A DNA stretch of 64,000 nucleotides from a virus. The stretch is taken from positions 1 through 64,000 of IMG/VR virus record IMGVR_UViG_3300037851_000192; one strand, given 5' to 3'. Below the pieces are notes generated by a model. The model searched no databases, was not told the DNA's origin, and was given only the letters and a program-made list of their open reading frames with translations. The position numbers and the translations under genes were made by a program. Shown one piece after another: positions 60,895-64,000 of this stretch (position 1 is its first letter; each line of letters opens with the position of its first letter).

Positions 60895-61772
60895 GGGCGT
60901 TGGTTCTTTCGGGCGGGGGCGCTCGGGGCGCCTACCAGATCGGGGCGCTCCGGCGCTTGCTTGTCGAGGAGCGACGCGACTACGAGATCCTCGCCGGCGT
61001 CTCGGTCGGCGCCTTGAACGCGGGTTTCCTCGCGCACGCACCGGCCGGCAAGCTGGCCGATCGGTTCGTCGAGCTGGACCGCTTGTGGGCCGGGCTCGAC
61101 ACGCCGAGGATCTACAAGAAGCGGCCGGGGGGCGAGGCGGCCGGGCTTTGGGCGCTCTCGATCTTCGACTCGAGCCCGCTTGTGGATCTCGTGCTCGGCG
61201 TGTGCAACGCGGAGGCGATCCGCTCCTCGGGGCGCAAGCTCCGCGTCGGGGCGGTCAACCTCGAGACCGGGGAGTACCGATCCGCGACCGAGACCGACCC
61301 ACGGATCGCGTGGTGGATCCTCGCGTCGTCGTCGTTCCCGGTCTTCTTCCTGCCGATCAAGATCGATGGGCAGCTCTGGACGGACGGGGGCGTGCGGAAC
61401 GTCACGCCGATCGCGGAGGCGATCCGGCTCGGCGCCGATCGGATCGACGTCGTGATCTGCTCCAACCCCGACGTGGGGGGATCATGGTCGCCCGAAGGCG
61501 AGTGCGCGATCCCGGGGATCCTTCTTCGGTGCCTCGGCCTCTTGGCCGACGAGGTAGCACGCACCGATCTCCAAGCCGTCGGGTTGAAGAACGATCTCGC
61601 GAAGCTCTGCGATCGGTACAAGTCGATCCGCTTCCGCGTGATCCAACCGTCGGGCAGCATGCCCGACTCGCTCGACTTCTCGGCCGGACCGCGGCAGACC
61701 ATGATCGACATGGGCTACGAGGACGCGCGCACGCTCTCGGCGCGGAGGAACGATGGCGACCCGAACCTGTGA
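60891..61772 (+). CDS. patatin-like phospholipase
   Basis: ATG 60891; LSGGGARGAYQIG (oxyanion hole), GVSVGA (GxSxG), WTDGGVRN (catalytic Asp motif). Confidence 0.75.
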   Translation: MRALVLSGGGARGAYQIGALRRLLVEERRDYEILAGVSVGALNAGFLAHAPAGKLADRFVELDRLWAGLDTPRIYKKRPGGEAAGLWALSIFDSSPLVDLVLGVCNAEAIRSSGRKLRVGAVNLETGEYRSATETDPRIAWWILASSSFPVFFLPIKIDGQLWTDGGVRNVTPIAEAIRLGADRIDVVICSNPDVGGSWSPEGECAIPGILLRCLGLLADEVARTDLQAVGLKNDLAKLCDRYKSIRFRVIQPSGSMPDSLDFSAGPRQTMIDMGYEDARTLSARRNDGDPNL

Positions 61773-62049
61773 TCTCACGTCGCAGGTTGACGGCTCGGTC
61801 GTGGACTTCGTGACCCCGGAGCCCTACCTACCGGGGACGCTCGAAGTTCACTACAACGGGCAACGCATCCGGCGCGGCGAGGAGTTCGTCGAGCTTGGCG
61901 GCGGCGTGTTCCGTTGGCTCGCAACCCCGAAGCTCCCGACGCCCATCCCGGGCGATTCGCTCCTCGTGCAATACGAGATCGAAGCGCCGGGCGAGACCGT
62001 CTTGTTCCCGCTTGTGGTAGCTTCGGGCCTAGACCCCACGATCCCGTAG
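61753..62049 (+). CDS. hypothetical protein
   Basis: ORF 61753..62049. Confidence 0.5.
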   Translation: MATRTCDLTSQVDGSVVDFVTPEPYLPGTLEVHYNGQRIRRGEEFVELGGGVFRWLATPKLPTPIPGDSLLVQYEIEAPGETVLFPLVVASGLDPTIP

Positions 62050-62056
62050 GTGAACC

Positions 62057-63154
62057 ATGCCGGCGCTCGCTCGCGGTCAAGCCTCGAATTGCAGCAACCC
62101 CGCGCTCGACCTTTTCACGGCGGTCAACGGCGTTCTGACCGACGTGGCGGTTCTCGAGTTCCAAATCTTCGACGTGAGCGATCCGGCGAAGGAGCTAGTG
62201 CCCGTCCAGGTCTACCCGGTCACGGCGGGCGAACGCGCGGCCGTCGTGGTCGGAACGCTCTGCCCGACGGGCGACAAGGTCTCGACCGGGCGCTTCGTGG
62301 CGCGGTGGACGCCGGGCTTGTCGGAACCGCTCGGCACGCACCAAGTTCGATGGTTCTTCAAGCTCACGGGCACGAGCCCGGAGCAAACCTACCGCGAGGA
62401 GTTCGAGGTCTTGCCGGAGGCGACGGCGACGAGCGACGTCGGCTATTGCTTCGTGGCGGACCTCCGCGCCGAGGGCGTGACCGTCGAGCAAGCGACCGAC
62501 GAGCAACTCCTCGCGATCATCGCGCGCGCTTCGAGGTTCATTGACAAGTGTACGGCGCGCTACTTCGAGCCGCGCAGCCGCACGATCAAGCTAGATGGCA
62601 CGGGTGGATCGATCCTGTTCTTCGACCAACCGATCATCGCGATCGACTCCGTGATCGAGAACGGCGCGGCCGTGAGTTCGGACGAGTTCGCGGTCTACAA
62701 TCGACACCTTTCGCAAGAGCTACTCCGGCCCGACGATCGCGAGAACCCGAAGATCGAGTTCTCGGTCTCCTCGTCCTACTCGTTCACGCAAACGAGGGCG
62801 ACCACGCGCAAGTGGGCCCGAGGGCAACAGAACGTCGAGATCGCCGGCGTGTTCGGCTACACCGATCCCGACCCGCCAAGCACGACCGGCAAGACGCCCG
62901 ACTTGATCCGGCGTTGCTGCGTCATGCTCTCATTCCGTGACGTCGGGCAACTCTCGGATCCCGACGGCCGTTTCGCGACGCGCGAGCGGCACCGGATCTC
63001 GGAAGAACGCACGCGCGATCAATCCTACCGGCTCGGCCCGGGGCGCGCGGATCTTGCGATGCAAGGCCGCGGCCCGACTCCGTGGACCGGCGATCCGGAC
63101 ATTGACCAGATCCTTGACCTCTATCGCGCCGGCCCAATGGTGCGTGTGCCATGA
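62057..63154 (+). CDS. putative head-tail connector/adaptor protein
   Basis: C-terminal half (ADLRAEGV...QLLAIIARASRFIDKCTARYF) resembles gp6-type connector proteins; position. Confidence 0.45.
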   Translation: MPALARGQASNCSNPALDLFTAVNGVLTDVAVLEFQIFDVSDPAKELVPVQVYPVTAGERAAVVVGTLCPTGDKVSTGRFVARWTPGLSEPLGTHQVRWFFKLTGTSPEQTYREEFEVLPEATATSDVGYCFVADLRAEGVTVEQATDEQLLAIIARASRFIDKCTARYFEPRSRTIKLDGTGGSILFFDQPIIAIDSVIENGAAVSSDEFAVYNRHLSQELLRPDDRENPKIEFSVSSSYSFTQTRATTRKWARGQQNVEIAGVFGYTDPDPPSTTGKTPDLIRRCCVMLSFRDVGQLSDPDGRFATRERHRISEERTRDQSYRLGPGRADLAMQGRGPTPWTGDPDIDQILDLYRAGPMVRVP

Positions 63155-63654
63155 ACCGAGGAAGGCTCATTTGTCCCTTCCTCGCCACGATCTACCGCTT
63201 GGACACGCGGGCGATCGAGGTCGCGGACGGCTACGATCCCGACTTCCGCACGACGAAACACGCCTACCCCGGAAGCATCGGCGCGCGAACCTCGACGCGC
63301 CGCGAGTTCCCGCCCGTCGATCTTCGTTGCCAAGTCGAGGTCGGCCGGTGGGAGGGGCAGCGGCAAATGGCGAGCGGCAACGCGCGTGAATCGCAACTCA
63401 CGCTCGTTTTCCACTTCGCCGAACTCGAGGACCGCGGGCTCGTGGACGCGACGACGGGCGACGCCTTGATCCGTGTGAACGACCGGCTCGCGGCGTTGAA
63501 GCGGACCGACGGCGCGCTCGTGCAACGCATCCCCGACCCCGGATTGTTCGCGACCGAACCGCAGATCGGAGGCATCGGGATCGGCGGTCGGCGGAACCTC
63601 TTGATCGTAACCTTCGACGTGCGGCCGCAAGGCTTGACCGCGGGGGCGGGCTAG
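63151..63654 (+). CDS. putative head-closure/head-tail joining protein
   Basis: ORF 63151..63654; call rests on synteny only. Confidence 0.4.
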   Translation: MNRGRLICPFLATIYRLDTRAIEVADGYDPDFRTTKHAYPGSIGARTSTRREFPPVDLRCQVEVGRWEGQRQMASGNARESQLTLVFHFAELEDRGLVDATTGDALIRVNDRLAALKRTDGALVQRIPDPGLFATEPQIGGIGIGGRRNLLIVTFDVRPQGLTAGAG

Positions 63655-64000
63655 TGGGCTTCGGCGTGAAAATGTTCGGTCAGTGGGCGCGGGCCGGACA
63701 GATCACGAGCACGATGGCCGAGCGCTTCAAGGCGGCAAGCGAAAAGGCGCTTCTTCGCGAGGGCCATTACCTCCGCGGGCAAATGGTCTCGAACATCACG
63801 GGGCAGGGCGCACCGGCGGGCGCGCCGTTCGCTCCGCTCTCGGCGGCGACGATGAAGATCCGAAAGTTCCGCGGCTTCGGCGGCTCGAAGATCCTCATGC
63901 AAACGGGCGCGCTCCGCGGCTCGATCACGGTCGCGCGAATGGCCGGCGGCGTCTTCGTGGGGATCTTGCGCAAGGGCGGCAAGGGCAAGGGCGGAGGCCG
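63654..64000 (+). CDS. HK97 gp10-like tail-completion/morphogenesis protein, 3'-truncated by window edge
   Basis: Hand translation from GTG 63654: VGFGVKMFGQWARAGQ...APLSAATMKIRKFRGFGGSKILMQTGALRGSITV...; open to the window end. Confidence 0.4.
   Translation, partial: MGFGVKMFGQWARAGQITSTMAERFKAASEKALLREGHYLRGQMVSNITGQGAPAGAPFAPLSAATMKIRKFRGFGGSKILMQTGALRGSITVARMAGGVFVGILRKGGKGKGGG

Noticed and set aside
62016-62024. TGGTAGCTT motif upstream of gene 62057 as another leaderless promoter
   Set aside because: It lies inside the coding sequence of 61753..62049, 32 nt from the next ATG, so the fixed-spacing logic does not apply.
1-64000. Apparent abundance of CTCGAG and GATC tetramers/hexamers as a restriction or methylation signal
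   Set aside because: Both arise naturally from the dominant codons here (CTC-GAG, GAT-CGN, ATC). I cannot compute observed/expected ratios by eye.
1-64000. Search for integrase, repressor/Cro switch, lysis cassette and tail genes
   Set aside because: None was recognisable in this window. Their absence here says nothing about the rest of the genome, so no lifestyle claim is made.

Overview
GC-rich, densely coding 64-kb stretch that reads as one contiguous piece of a tailed dsDNA phage or prophage genome. I recognised no host genes, rRNA, canonical tRNA, CRISPR array, integrase, tail genes or lysis genes in the window. Many genes are joined by 4-nt ATGA/GTGA stop-start overlaps. Layout: (1) 1-21.0 kb, plus strand, is a replication/recombination module: sigma-region-2-like protein, ParB-like protein, SF2 helicase, DnaB-like helicase, HNH endonuclease, Dam-like methyltransferase, primase, UDG-PolA fusion, gp32-like SSB, Mre11/Rad50-like pair, FEN exonuclease and an XRE regulator. 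(2) 21.0-24.9 kb holds small genes on both strands, followed by a ~385-bp non-coding region with G-tracts, an inverted repeat and a tandem repeat. (3) 25.3-40.5 kb holds two divergent arms of about 40 small ORFs of unknown function. They radiate from a control region at 33.6-34.15 kb. The arms are punctuated by 14 copies of a 22-bp bipartite promoter-like cassette placed 7-8 nt from start codons, four non-coding repeat blocks carrying ATGACA-N4-TGTCAT palindromes, and one cassette copy that runs into a tRNA-like RNA instead of an ORF. (4) 40.5-42.0 kb, minus strand, encodes an RHH protein and a ParB-methyltransferase fusion, divergent from the terminase gene. (5) 42.0-64.0 kb, plus strand, is the head module: large terminase, portal, a 1065-aa MuF-like protein with extra domains, XkdF-like protease, scaffold, HK97-like capsid, a 5.7-kb cluster of unknown virion genes including a patatin-like lipase, and head-tail connectors. 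The most unusual feature is the regulatory architecture of the 25-40 kb region. Coordinates are anchored on the supplied ORF track. Start codons were chosen from overlaps and Shine-Dalgarno context. All functions come from motifs recognised by eye, and no database search was run.
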